A stretch of 64,000 nucleotides of DNA from assembly GCF_009914755.1 (NCBI RefSeq), contig NC_060936.1; one strand, 5' to 3'. Position numbers and translations under genes: made by a program. Source of the DNA: the human T2T-CHM13v2.0 reference genome, Homo sapiens. Positions 1 to 13,495 of the stretch are shown here, one piece after another (position 1 is the first letter of the stretch; each line of letters opens with the position of its first letter). The notes under the pieces are model-generated. The model was not told the DNA's origin and did not search any database. It worked only from the letters and a program-made list of their open reading frames with translations.

Positions 1-1865
1 GAGCCGGGGCCAGCAGCAGCCCGTGCCCGGGAGCGGCGGCGCTGAGGGGCGCGGAGCTCCCCGCGAGGACACGTCCAACGCCAGCATGCAGCGCCCGGGC
101 CCCCGCCTGTGGCTGGTCCTGCAGGTGATGGGCTCGTGCGCCGCCATCAGCTCCATGGACATGGAGCGCCCGGGCGACGGCAAATGCCAGCCCATCGAGA
201 TCCCGATGTGCAAGGACATCGGCTACAACATGACTCGTATGCCCAACCTGATGGGCCACGAGAACCAGCGCGAGGCAGCCATCCAGTTGCACGAGTTCGC
301 GCCGCTGGTGGAGTACGGCTGCCACGGCCACCTCCGCTTCTTCCTGTGCTCGCTGTACGCGCCGATGTGCACCGAGCAGGTCTCTACCCCCATCCCCGCC
401 TGCCGGGTCATGTGCGAGCAGGCCCGGCTCAAGTGCTCCCCGATTATGGAGCAGTTCAACTTCAAGTGGCCCGACTCCCTGGACTGCCGGAAACTCCCCA
501 ACAAGAACGACCCCAACTACCTGTGCATGGAGGCGCCCAACAACGGCTCGGACGAGCCCACCCGGGGCTCGGGCCTGTTCCCGCCGCTGTTCCGGCCGCA
601 GCGGCCCCACAGCGCGCAGGAGCACCCGCTGAAGGACGGGGGCCCCGGGCGCGGCGGCTGCGACAACCCGGGCAAGTTCCACCACGTGGAGAAGAGCGCG
701 TCGTGCGCGCCGCTCTGCACGCCCGGCGTGGACGTGTACTGGAGCCGCGAGGACAAGCGCTTCGCAGTGGTCTGGCTGGCCATCTGGGCGGTGCTGTGCT
801 TCTTCTCCAGCGCCTTCACCGTGCTCACCTTCCTCATCGACCCGGCCCGCTTCCGCTACCCCGAGCGCCCCATCATCTTCCTCTCCATGTGCTACTGCGT
901 CTACTCCGTGGGCTACCTCATCCGCCTCTTCGCCGGCGCCGAGAGCATCGCCTGCGACCGGGACAGCGGCCAGCTCTATGTCATCCAGGAGGGACTGGAG
1001 AGCACCGGCTGCACGCTGGTCTTCCTGGTCCTCTACTACTTCGGCATGGCCAGCTCGCTGTGGTGGGTGGTCCTCACGCTCACCTGGTTCCTGGCCGCCG
1101 GCAAGAAGTGGGGCCACGAGGCCATCGAAGCCAACAGCAGCTACTTCCACCTGGCAGCCTGGGCCATCCCGGCGGTGAAGACCATCCTGATCCTGGTCAT
1201 GCGCAGGGTGGCGGGGGACGAGCTCACCGGGGTCTGCTACGTGGGCAGCATGGACGTCAACGCGCTCACCGGCTTCGTGCTCATTCCCCTGGCCTGCTAC
1301 CTGGTCATCGGCACGTCCTTCATCCTCTCGGGCTTCGTGGCCCTGTTCCACATCCGGAGGGTGATGAAGACGGGCGGCGAGAACACGGACAAGCTGGAGA
1401 AGCTCATGGTGCGTATCGGGCTCTTCTCTGTGCTGTACACCGTGCCGGCCACCTGTGTGATCGCCTGCTACTTTTACGAACGCCTCAACATGGATTACTG
1501 GAAGATCCTGGCGGCGCAGCACAAGTGCAAAATGAACAACCAGACTAAAACGCTGGACTGCCTGATGGCCGCCTCCATCCCCGCCGTGGAGATCTTCATG
1601 GTGAAGATCTTTATGCTGCTGGTGGTGGGGATCACCAGCGGGATGTGGATTTGGACCTCCAAGACTCTGCAGTCCTGGCAGCAGGTGTGCAGCCGTAGGT
1701 TAAAGAAGAAGAGCCGGAGAAAACCGGCCAGCGTGATCACCAGCGGTGGGATTTACAAAAAAGCCCAGCATCCCCAGAAAACTCACCACGGGAAATATGA
1801 GATCCCTGCCCAGTCGCCCACCTGCGTGTGAACAGGGCTGGAGGGAAGGGCACAGGGGCGCCCGG
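1..1865. promoter_or_regulatory. CpG island covering 5'UTR and CDS of FZD10 (continues upstream of window)
   Basis: Very GC-rich with dense CpG up to ~1865, then an abrupt switch to AT-rich sequence. Confidence 0.9.
86..1831 (+). CDS. FZD10: Frizzled-10, Wnt receptor (class F GPCR), 581 aa, intronless
   Basis: ATG at 86 (A at -3) opens MQRPGPRLWLVLQVMGSCAA, a signal peptide. It is followed by a 10-Cys Frizzled CRD (CQPIEIPMCKDIGYNMT...), seven hydrophobic TM segments, the Dishevelled-binding KTxxxW motif (KTLQSW) and a C-terminal S/T-x-V PDZ ligand (TCV). The protein matches my recollection of human FZD10. The ORF track start at 23 is a GTG extension. Confidence 0.98.
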   Translation: MQRPGPRLWLVLQVMGSCAAISSMDMERPGDGKCQPIEIPMCKDIGYNMTRMPNLMGHENQREAAIQLHEFAPLVEYGCHGHLRFFLCSLYAPMCTEQVSTPIPACRVMCEQARLKCSPIMEQFNFKWPDSLDCRKLPNKNDPNYLCMEAPNNGSDEPTRGSGLFPPLFRPQRPHSAQEHPLKDGGPGRGGCDNPGKFHHVEKSASCAPLCTPGVDVYWSREDKRFAVVWLAIWAVLCFFSSAFTVLTFLIDPARFRYPERPIIFLSMCYCVYSVGYLIRLFAGAESIACDRDSGQLYVIQEGLESTGCTLVFLVLYYFGMASSLWWVVLTLTWFLAAGKKWGHEAIEANSSYFHLAAWAIPAVKTILILVMRRVAGDELTGVCYVGSMDVNALTGFVLIPLACYLVIGTSFILSGFVALFHIRRVMKTGGENTDKLEKLMVRIGLFSVLYTVPATCVIACYFYERLNMDYWKILAAQHKCKMNNQTKTLDCLMAASIPAVEIFMVKIFMLLVVGITSGMWIWTSKTLQSWQQVCSRRLKKKSRRKPASVITSGGIYKKAQHPQKTHHGKYEIPAQSPTCV

Positions 1866-2883
1866 AGCTAAGATGTGGTGCTTTTCTTGGTTGTGTTTTT
1901 CTTTCTTCTTCTTCTTTTTTTTTTTTTATAAAAGCAAAAGAGAAATACATAAAAAAGTGTTTACCCTGAAATTCAGGATGCTGTGATACACTGAAAGGAA
2001 AAATGTACTTAAAGGGTTTTGTTTTGTTTTGGTTTTCCAGCGAAGGGAAGCTCCTCCAGTGAAGTAGCCTCTTGTGTAACTAATTTGTGGTAAAGTAGTT
2101 GATTCAGCCCTCAGAAGAAAACTTTTGTTTAGAGCCCTCCGTAAATATACATCTGTGTATTTGAGTTGGCTTTGCTACCCATTTACAAATAAGAGGACAG
2201 ATAACTGCTTTGCAAATTCAAGAGCCTCCCCTGGGTTAACAAATGAGCCATCCCCAGGGCCCACCCCCAGGAAGGCCACAGTGCTGGGCGGCATCCCTGC
2301 AGAGGAAAGACAGGACCCGGGGCCCGCCTCACACCCCAGTGGATTTGGAGTTGCTTAAAATAGACTCCGGCCTTCACCAATAGTCTCTCTGCAAGACAGA
2401 AACCTCCATCAAACCTCACATTTGTGAACTCAAACGATGTGCAATACATTTTTTTCTCTTTCCTTGAAAATAAAAAGAGAAACAAGTATTTTGCTATATA
2501 TAAAGACAACAAAAGAAATCTCCTAACAAAAGAACTAAGAGGCCCAGCCCTCAGAAACCCTTCAGTGCTACATTTTGTGGCTTTTTAATGGAAACCAAGC
2601 CAATGTTATAGACGTTTGGACTGATTTGTGGAAAGGAGGGGGGAAGAGGGAGAAGGATCATTCAAAAGTTACCCAAAGGGCTTATTGACTCTTTCTATTG
2701 TTAAACAAATGATTTCCACAAACAGATCAGGAAGCACTAGGTTGGCAGAGACACTTTGTCTAGTGTATTCTCTTCACAGTGCCAGGAAAGAGTGGTTTCT
2801 GCGTGTGTATATTTGTAATATATGATATTTTTCATGCTCCACTATTTTATTAAAAATAAAATATGTTCTTTAGTTTGCTGCTA
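1832..2883 (+). other. FZD10: FZD10 3'UTR (3' end approximate)
   Basis: AU/U-rich sequence from the stop codon to about 20 nt past AATAAA. Confidence 0.8.
2849..2860 (+). terminator. Polyadenylation signal (ATTAAA 2849-2854 abutting AATAAA 2855-2860)
   Basis: Upstream TGTA elements (~2806-2817) and downstream GT/T-rich sequence (~2890-2925). Confidence 0.85.
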
Positions 2884-4519
2884 GTCCCTGGTTCATGGTG
2901 AGGTTTCCCTTCTCTGTGTGTGGAGAGACTACAGGACACTTTCTCCCTTTGCTTTTTAAGCAAATTCTGGGGTTGTGCTTCTAGCCAGAGAGTACTGGTT
3001 ATCTGTATAAAATTGCAGATCAGAGGATTCCAAGATTGGAAGAATCATTCACTTGTGAGTTTCTGAGGAACTGCAGTCAGGCAATGTGTGAAGTTGGAAG
3101 TCGTTTCTGTGACTGTTGGTAGCTGGACATGAGGGCTTAGTTGTAGACACACATCACCAAGGAGAGCCTCACCACTAAGCGTGGACCCACTCATGAGCCT
3201 GGATTAGCCAGTTTTAATATATTCAGAGAGTAGAGCCAACCGATTAGGAGAATTAAATCATCTGTATTCAATTGACCTGCTAGGCTCAAATGGTACCTAG
3301 ACAGAGCTGTATACATCAGCCCAAAGTGTGCTGGCTTTGCAGTGACTCTGAACTATGAAGACATTTACAAAACAGATTATAGACCTGGACGGGATAAAAT
3401 ACCTGCTAAGGGTGGCGAATCCTTAAGAGGAAGTTAAGCAGCTTTGGAACTTCATGGTACTTGGTTCTTCTCCAGGGTTTCCTGTTAGAACTGGGTAGCT
3501 GTAAAGAACTGCCCCAGGTCTGCTGGTCAAAGGCACAGCTACACTCAAGTTCCAGCCAGAAGGAAGCAAGGGCACAGTGCAGTCCTACTGTGGTGAGGAC
3601 TCTATTAATATAAAGCAAGCCAAGCTGCCCCTGGGGCCATGCTTTTGTCCAGCTCCAAGTTAAACAAGGAGCTCTGGAAAACTTGGAGCATGGATGACAC
3701 GCTTACCAACGAGGAGGAGAGCCTGGAGCTAGTGCAGTCTGTTTTCTGAAGAGGGTGTTCAGAACTTCAGCCTGGTAAACATAAGATCACCCATCAACAC
3801 TAGGGCTGGAAACAGGCTTACATTGGCTTTGAGGGGCTACTGCACTTGGCCGTGAATATTTGCAGGGCACAGGAGCAGGCAGATCGGTGGTTTGGGATCA
3901 AGTTTGACAAACGGAGGAAACACCAGCTAGGTAGGCAAAGTAAAAGAATGCAAGATCCCAAAGAGCTTTCAGTGCATTAAAAAAGAAGGCAGAAAAGCTT
4001 CAGAAATGCCCCCAAATAAAATTTCTTTGTTGATTGTTTTCGCCTAGTCCCCCAAAAGACTACATAGAAATATTGATGTCTCTGTGCATGTATGGGTATA
4101 GCGTTTCCTTTTTGTCACTCTTAGGGAAAATGAAAATAACATATTTGGAATAGAACTTTCAAAAAGTCCAGAAGGGTAACATTGTCCGGATGCTGCTGTG
4201 AGCCACAAGGCTAGATATAACACAAAGACATTTGGTTCTAAAATTCCTGGACTACAGCAGCTTCAGACCTGCCCATGCTCAGGTGTGTAGGCTCGAAAAT
4301 GTGGTCCCAAGGAAAGTCATATTCAACAACATACCTAAGAGCCTTTGTTGTTAGTTATCCCTGAATGTGTCTCACTGTGGATCCATCCCAGAAATGACTG
4401 ATCTTGTTTACGAATGTGAAGGGATTGTGACATGTGGCTGGGTTGGGCGCAGCTGGGTGAGTTTAACAGTGAGCAGTGCAAGGAGCAGCTGTAGAGCTTC
4501 CAAGCAAAATGCTCCAAGG

Positions 4520-4572
4520 TCTTCCTCTCCCTCTCTCTCTCTCTTCCTCTCTCTCTCTCTCTCTCTCTCTCT
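4520..4572. repeat. (CT)n microsatellite
   Basis: Direct reading. Confidence 0.95.
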
Positions 4573-4651
4573 ACTAAGCTGAAATCTGACCCTCCCTCAC
4601 ATACAGACAGTGAGTTTTAGGAGAAGCATCAAGGCCTTAAGTCAGAAAGCT

Positions 4652-5017
4652 GGGGAAAAAAAGAAAGGAAAGAAGGGAGGGAGAGAGGGAGGGAGGGAGG
4701 AAAGAAGCAAGGAGAAAGAAAGACAGGCAAACATCACTAGTGAAGGAAGGAAGGAAAGAAGGAAAGAAAGAAAGACAGGCAAACACATCACTAGTGAAGG
4801 AAGGAAAGAAGGAAGGAAGGGAGGAAAGAAAGAAGGAAGGAAGGAAGGAAAGAAAGAAGGAGAAAGAAAGAAAGACAGCCAAACACATCACTAGTGAAGG
4901 AAGGAAGGAAGGAGAAAGGCAAACACATCACTAGTGAAGGAAGGAACGAAGGAAGGAAGGAAAGAAAGAAAAAGAAAGAAAAAAAGAAAGAAAGAAAGGC
5001 AAACACATATCACTAGT
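4652..5017. repeat. Compound GA-rich minisatellite with 5 copies of an AGGCAAACACATCACTAGT(GAAGG) core
   Basis: Cores at ~4723, 4775, 4875, 4917 and 4997, separated by (GGAA/GAAA)n tracts. Confidence 0.9.
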
Positions 5018-5594
5018 CCTTAGATTCTCTTTAGCTCAGTACAGGGTTTCCAAAGGAATTGTTGACAGCATTAATTTGGAGATTTCTCAGCATCTGTACC
5101 CCACGGCCTTAGTTTTAGAAAAATGGCAACCTGTTTTGCATGGCAGTGGTGGAGTCATAGAAGAAGCCCAAAGAAGTAGATTGTCCAAGATCTACATCCA
5201 TTCATCCCTCCCTTCCTTCCTCCAGCCTCCAGCCAATCACCACCCACCACATGCTAAGGCCGAGAAACAGAACTGGTACCTGGTCTGTGTGTGGTTTTGC
5301 AGTGGACAGGAGAGACCTGCATGGCACATCTTATATGCGCCTCTGTGAGGCATCAGGGCAGGAGGCCCAAAAGTAGATGTATTTCCACAGGGCCCCTAAA
5401 TGCATACAAGGCAGAAGATTCAGCCTATGTGAGGTCATAGCAAGGGGAAGCTGCAGGGTCATATAGAAGGCAAGAGAAGTTATCAACAGAGCATCAAAAC
5501 ATTCCATCGGGACCCAGACTGGGTCTGGCTCATGATCCCCTATGTAAGCCCACACCTTGCAGAGGGCTTTGGACGTAGTAAGAATAACTACAAT

Positions 5595-5830
5595 AATAGC
5601 AATGGCTGTGATAATAGTAATCGTAGCAGCACAGCCTTGAGACCACTTGCTGTGTGCTGAACAGGCTGCTGGGACTATCTCAGTGAATCCTCAACGCATT
5701 CAGGGAGGTACTGTCATCAGCCCCACTTTACATGTGAAGACCCTGACACAGAGAGGTTAAGTAAATTCCCAGGGTCACATGACAACTAAAAGACCCAGAA
5801 CAGGAACTGGGTGGTCTGATAACAGATCTG
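5595..5830 (-). mobile_element. MIR SINE
   Basis: MIR core in antisense (ccccactttacatgtgaagaccctgacacagagaggttaagtaa...ggtcaca). Confidence 0.75.
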
Positions 5831-5894
5831 GAACCCCCAATTCAGTAAGCAATTGTTGAATAAATGAATGAATGAATGAACAATAGCTGACCAC

Positions 5895-6085
5895 TTTACA
5901 TGCATTAATTCAATCCTCTGACAAACTTTGGTGGTACTGCTCTCATGCTCATAATATTACAGACGAGGAATTTGGAGCACAGAGAAGTTGTGTCACTTAC
6001 CCAAGGTCACACAGGCAGCAAGCAGAGAGTCTGGCATGCAAACCTGGGCTGTGGGACTCCAGACCTGCACCTCTGACCACGAGGC
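5895..6085 (-). mobile_element. MIR SINE
   Basis: ttacagacgaggaatttggagcacagagaagttgtgtcacttacccaaggtcacac. Confidence 0.8.
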
Positions 6086-6329
6086 TTTCCCACGTCTCTG
6101 GTTTCTCAGGACTTGACTAAATCATTTCATCTTCACAGCAGCACTGCTGCACCTTTATTCCAAGCAAAAGGGGAACAAGGTTGCATGGCAAAGAGCAAAA
6201 GCCACTTGGCCAGTGTGGGGGAGCCCAAGGGAGGAGGCCGTGGCAACCTGCATTTTTGCAGCAGTCGCGAGGGTGCTAGCAGTGGGGCTAGGGGGAAGCA
6301 GGTGGATGGAGAGGTCCTTAGAAGGTAGA

Positions 6330-6660
6330 ACCAGGATTAGGTTTTATGTAGAGAGGGAGCAAGAAGGAATGGTCAGGGAGGACCACACCATTTCTGACTT
6401 TGGTGGCAAAGTGACATTCATCAAGACAGGAGAAAACCAACAGAGGACAGGCAGTGTGATGGGAAGCAAAGATGAGTGCAGTGTGGATTATTTGCCATCG
6501 AGGTGTCTGTAGAGAATTTGGGATGAGGTCATGGTCACAGGCGGGTGTTTGAAATGGTGAGAGTTGGAGCTGTGGTTAACCTCAGGAAGCAAGTGGGTCT
6601 CTCCAGGGACAGAGGAGGGAGGAGGGCAGACCTCAGGGCCAGGTGAACAAAGAGGAGGTT
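6330..6660 (-). mobile_element. L2 LINE fragment
   Basis: Resembles antisense L2 (gtgacattcatcaagacaggaga...gatgagtgcagtgtgga...gaggtgtctgtagaga). Confidence 0.5.
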
Positions 6661-7174
6661 GCAAGGGGAGCTGTGACTGGGAGCAGCCCCTTAACCACTT
6701 GGGCGCTGGGTGCCCATTTTTACTATAAGAGGATTGGCAGAGGAGATTATGCAAATGGCCTTATCCAACGTCAAAATACGTGATCCGGATAGCGCTAAGG
6801 GGGAATGCAGCAAGGGTCTTACAGGAGTGACTTAGGAGGATCCACTCCTGCCCGTGATAACTCAGCCTCTGTATCTTTAACTTAACCCTTGGGCTACCCG
6901 AGCAAAATTAAAATCAGCTCCAAGAGCTCATAGTTTTAAATTCTCCACTAGCATCTTTGGGGATGCTGTTTCAAGACAGAGAAACAGAAGAGAAAAATCA
7001 AGAAGTATTCCTGAGGCCATAGATATTATCCTACATTCTAGATTATTTTCTCAGAAGGAGGAGAAAGAAATACAGAAAACGATAACAGATTGGAGTGCAA
7101 ACTGGCATCTTACACTTAAAGGATGTGCAGATATAAACATCGTTTAGGACTGAACTATATCTTGCCTTCTCTAT

Positions 7175-7495
7175 GAGCTGGTTTTTAGTTTGACTCAACC
7201 ACTTACACATTGCTTCACCTTGAGCAAGATACCAGAACTTTCCTGCCTCTGTTTCTTCATCTGTAAAATGGGCATGATAATGGTACCTATCTCACTGGAC
7301 TGTCACTCACAAATAGCTCATGCTTATTGAACAAGTATTACATGCTCGATTGCTTTAAGTTCTCTGTGTTTATTAATTCATCTACTCCTCACAACAGCCC
7401 TAGGAGAGATGGTACGAGATTAAATAAAACCATTTGTGTGAAGTACTTGGAAGGCTGCTTGGCGCAGAGCAAATGCTCAATAAAGTGATCTATTT
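7175..7495 (+). mobile_element. MIR (plus) interrupted by an antisense MIR piece at ~7320-7415
   Basis: cctctgtttcttcatctgtaaaatggg...; antisense ...ctcctcacaacagccctagg; plus-strand 3' end tgctcaataaag. Confidence 0.65.
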
Positions 7496-9677
7496 TTATG
7501 TTTTTTGTCCCTCCCCCCAAAGAAAGTTAAATCCTGTAAGCTAATGAGTAGGGCTCTTTAAAGAAAATGAGTTTTTTTCTTACAGAAACACTTTTTCCAA
7601 TACTGTGTTCAGGTTCCACAGAAAACCCACTGATCTTTCAAGTTTAAAAGGCAGGCACAGAGCCTCTACAGCAGTGAAAAATATTCTCTGTCTTTCCCTT
7701 TGAACACAATAACATCACAGCTGACTTCCCAGGAAATCAGACCTCATGCACGGACACCTCTATACGCAAATGGATAAAGATGGCTGTAATATGGAAATGC
7801 AGAGAAACGGTCAGACTTCAGGGAAGCTCGCGAAACACGTGCAGGCAGCATAGTGTGGGGTGTTTTTTAATGTTTTATTAAGAGTGTGAAGGCCAAGCTG
7901 GAGGGAGGAGGGAAGGAGACGTTTGAAATCTGAAAGAATAAGTTTCAGCTGCCGAGGTGAGCTGTCGTAATTGGGGACACTCCTAGGAAAATGACACTGT
8001 TGGATCCCACACAATGTCCGCAGCCCATCCGGACTTCCCCAAAGTCAGTGCCTGTCGCTTTGTTATTCTAAGACTTTCTGAATGTTTCTGTTTTTATATA
8101 CATTGTTTGGTACCAGGCTGCCCTCCAGGGGCCTTTGGTTTATAGGAAGGGATTCATAACAGCAACCCTTGCCACACGCCCATCTCCTTCCCAGATGCTG
8201 GGGGCTTCAGGGGTTCTGTAGATGGGATGGGATGTTCCCAGGTGGTCTCTTGCAACAGATGTCCTCAAAGGATGCAATTTGTGGCATTTTAGGGAATACT
8301 TGCACTTAAAAAAACATCTAAAACCTATCCTAACAATGTTTTAAGTATTTTAGGCAGAACTACAAAGTGATCGACCTTGACATGATGAATCAACACCCAT
8401 TTTCCAAGGGGGCGATGGTGATCGGGAGCTGCAGGTGCTGACTTTGATCAGAACTGACAAGCTCATGGGGTGGTGCAGCTCTCTCCCCACCCCAGCCCTC
8501 CCCATTCCACCCCTGCCCCCAGGGCAGCAGCACCTGTTTACCTCCCATGCTCTCCCTGCACTATTTTCGCCTCTCATAAAACACTTGGATGTTGTTGGCT
8601 CTGAATAAGATCATTCATCTGCGAACTGCCTCTCTTCCTGCAGCTCATCTGAAACAGTCTTATTGAACTTGGGTCAATATCACCTCGGTTTCTTTGGATT
8701 CCAGGATCACAGCAGAAGGCTCAAATTTGAACTAAACTCAGAAGCATTTTAGGTCAGCAAAACTTTTTTTTTCCCCAAGAGACTTTAAGTATTAGGAATC
8801 TAAGTGCCACCTTACTTTTCCACACATGGCACAGGGTAAAGAGAACATGAGATAGCCATGAAGAAGTTGTGATTCTGATTTGCTATCATGATGACCCAGG
8901 TCTAAGAAGACAGAACAAAAGCAATGAGAACAAGAGAACACGGCCGATTATAACATTTGACATTCTTCCATGGCAGTCATGATTGTAACCATTTTCAATT
9001 AAAAGAAAAAACACAATACTACAGCAATGTTCTGAGCTGAATCTTATCTCTTGAGTAAACAGAGGGCCTCTGAGCAAAAAACCATGCAATAGAAAGGAGG
9101 CATCAAAAGAAGTTGGAAATGTAGTATTTTTATTTTTAACTCACCTCTACCTTCTAAAAGCTTTATTCTTTCCAAGACAAAAAGCTTCACGCATGTCCCA
9201 GGGGATGAGCCAAGAAAAAAAAAAATCAGGTAAAATAATCCCTCTGGGTCAGGGGCGTGCATGTCACTCGGTCTGGTCAGTGAGATGTGAGGGGAGCTTT
9301 CCTAGTGAGACAAAAAAAAAATGAGGGTGTGCGTGTGGGAGTGAAGGAAGGTTCTAATAAAAGATTTTGCTTCATGATAAAAAAAAAAATGATGAGGAAA
9401 CCTGTCCTTTTCTTCTGCACACAATGTGGTGTGTGAGAATCACATATGGAGCTATTGCAACCATTTTGTGACCACGAGGCAATACGCCCAACACCAAAGC
9501 CAAAATTCTGAGATGGCAGGTAAGCAAGACAGAGCCAGCCTCGTGAGCACTCATTAAGCGACTGCACCCCCAGGATTCTTGTTATGCCAAGTAGCCAACA
9601 CTGCCTGGATCCCCTGAGAGTTGCAGGTTGGGTGTTCTGTGCCTCTTAGGAAAATACACCTGATGTGGCAAATGAGT

Positions 9678-9835
9678 CCCAGGTGTCTCAAACCCTACTG
9701 TGCACACAAATCACTGGGGCTCTTGCTAAAAGGCAGCTCCTGATTCCTTAGGTCTGGGTGGGACCCCAAATTCTGCATTTGTAATAAGTTCCCAGTTGAT
9801 GTCGATGCTTCTGGTGCTCCTGACCCCTTTGAGTG
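9678..9835. mobile_element. MER5A-type hAT-Charlie relic
   Basis: ctgattccttaggtctgggtgggacccc...ttctgcatttgtaataagttcccagttgatg. Confidence 0.7.
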
Positions 9836-10084
9836 AAGAATCTATTTGGCCACCCACCAGAAGTTCAGAACGACCCCACTTACTCCTGGCTGTAATTATA
9901 TGAACACATCTTGGGCATCACTTCCTGGGTGTCCTGTAGTGGACTAGCTGTCAATTAAAACAATTTCTTATGTTGAGTTAAAATTTGCTTCCTTGTAACT
10001 ATTTTCTATTATTATCTCTACTTTTGCCACATAGAGCTTCACAGAGCAAGTCTACTTGTTTTTCCATGGGAAAGCCACTTATAT

Positions 10085-10205
10085 ATGGGAGCTTATCACA
10101 AATGCAGAATTTGGGGTACCACCCAAACCTACTGACTCAGGAGCTGCCTTTTAGCAAGAGCCCCAGTGATTTGTGTGCAGAGTAGGGTTCAAGATGCCCA
10201 GGACT
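10085..10205. mobile_element. MER5-type fragment
   Basis: aaatgcagaat...cccaaacctactgactcag...tttagcaagagccccagtgatt. Confidence 0.55.
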
Positions 10206-10469
10206 AATTTGCTATATCAGGTATATTTTCCTAAGAGGCACAGAACACCCAACCTGCCAACTCTCAGGGGATCCAGAGAGTAATATGTGCTCCCTGGATC
10301 TTTCTTTTTATTCTTAAAACTGTTGCCCAGATAACTTGGTTTCATCTTGCTGGCTGTCCCCTGAATGTGTTTACCATGGTCTCAATTCTTGTCAAGGAAG
10401 AATGTGCCCAAGTAAAGACAAATCTCCAGGAAGCATCTAACAAGGAGTGGGATCATTAGACACCCAGCA

Positions 10470-12370
<1,901 letters not shown>

Positions 12371-12512
12371 CACTGCTAAGCAGGCTGATCTTCAGACAGG
12401 ACGGACCAGGGCAGCCCTTCCAGTTTGTTTTGTCTGGTGTGTTTTTGAATTTGTCCACACCCCTATGCCAAATCAGTTGTTGAACATTTCAAATATTGCC
12501 CTGTTGTTACTA

Positions 12513-13016
<504 letters not shown>

Positions 13017-13029
13017 TTAAAATGGTGTC

Positions 13030-13495
13030 TGTTTCATGAGTGGGCATGTGCAGGTTGCCATCCTAATATTCATTTCACCCCTTTTCTCTTTGGGTATCCA
13101 TGCAGCTGAGGCAATGTTGTCCCCACCCCGTCTCCACTGGCTCACTTCCTTGAGATATCCACAAAGGTGGGCATTGACGGAAACCAACCCAATCAGTGTG
13201 AGGCTCAGGCATGGGTGGGCACAGACACCCTCTCTTCCTCTGGGTCACGCAGCACAGGACGTCGGGTTCAAAGGGCCTCTGCCATGTTTACTATTTCAAG
13301 GGCCCCCGATCCCAGGAGAAGGTCAACACTTGGAGTGGGGCTATTTTCAGAAACTCCGACACTAAGCCATGGTGACATGACACACCTCGAATCAAACAGT
13401 GCCTGGATAAAATCTCTCCTGTGCTTTTCAGTCCATAAATTACTTTTTAGAGACAGTTCCGTGGGGTTTTCTCTTACTTGCAACCAACTGAGACA
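13030..13495 (+). mobile_element. Old MaLR solo LTR (MLT1-class)
   Basis: 3' end ggttttctcttacttgcaacc, typical of old MLT1 LTRs. Confidence 0.45.

Noticed and set aside
23-85. 21-aa N-terminal extension of FZD10 from GTG
   Set aside because: Non-ATG start; the ATG at 86 has good context and directly begins the signal peptide.
4652-5017. CRISPR-like repeat-spacer array
   Set aside because: Eukaryotic DNA with no cas genes; the spacers are low-complexity GA microsatellite of variable length.
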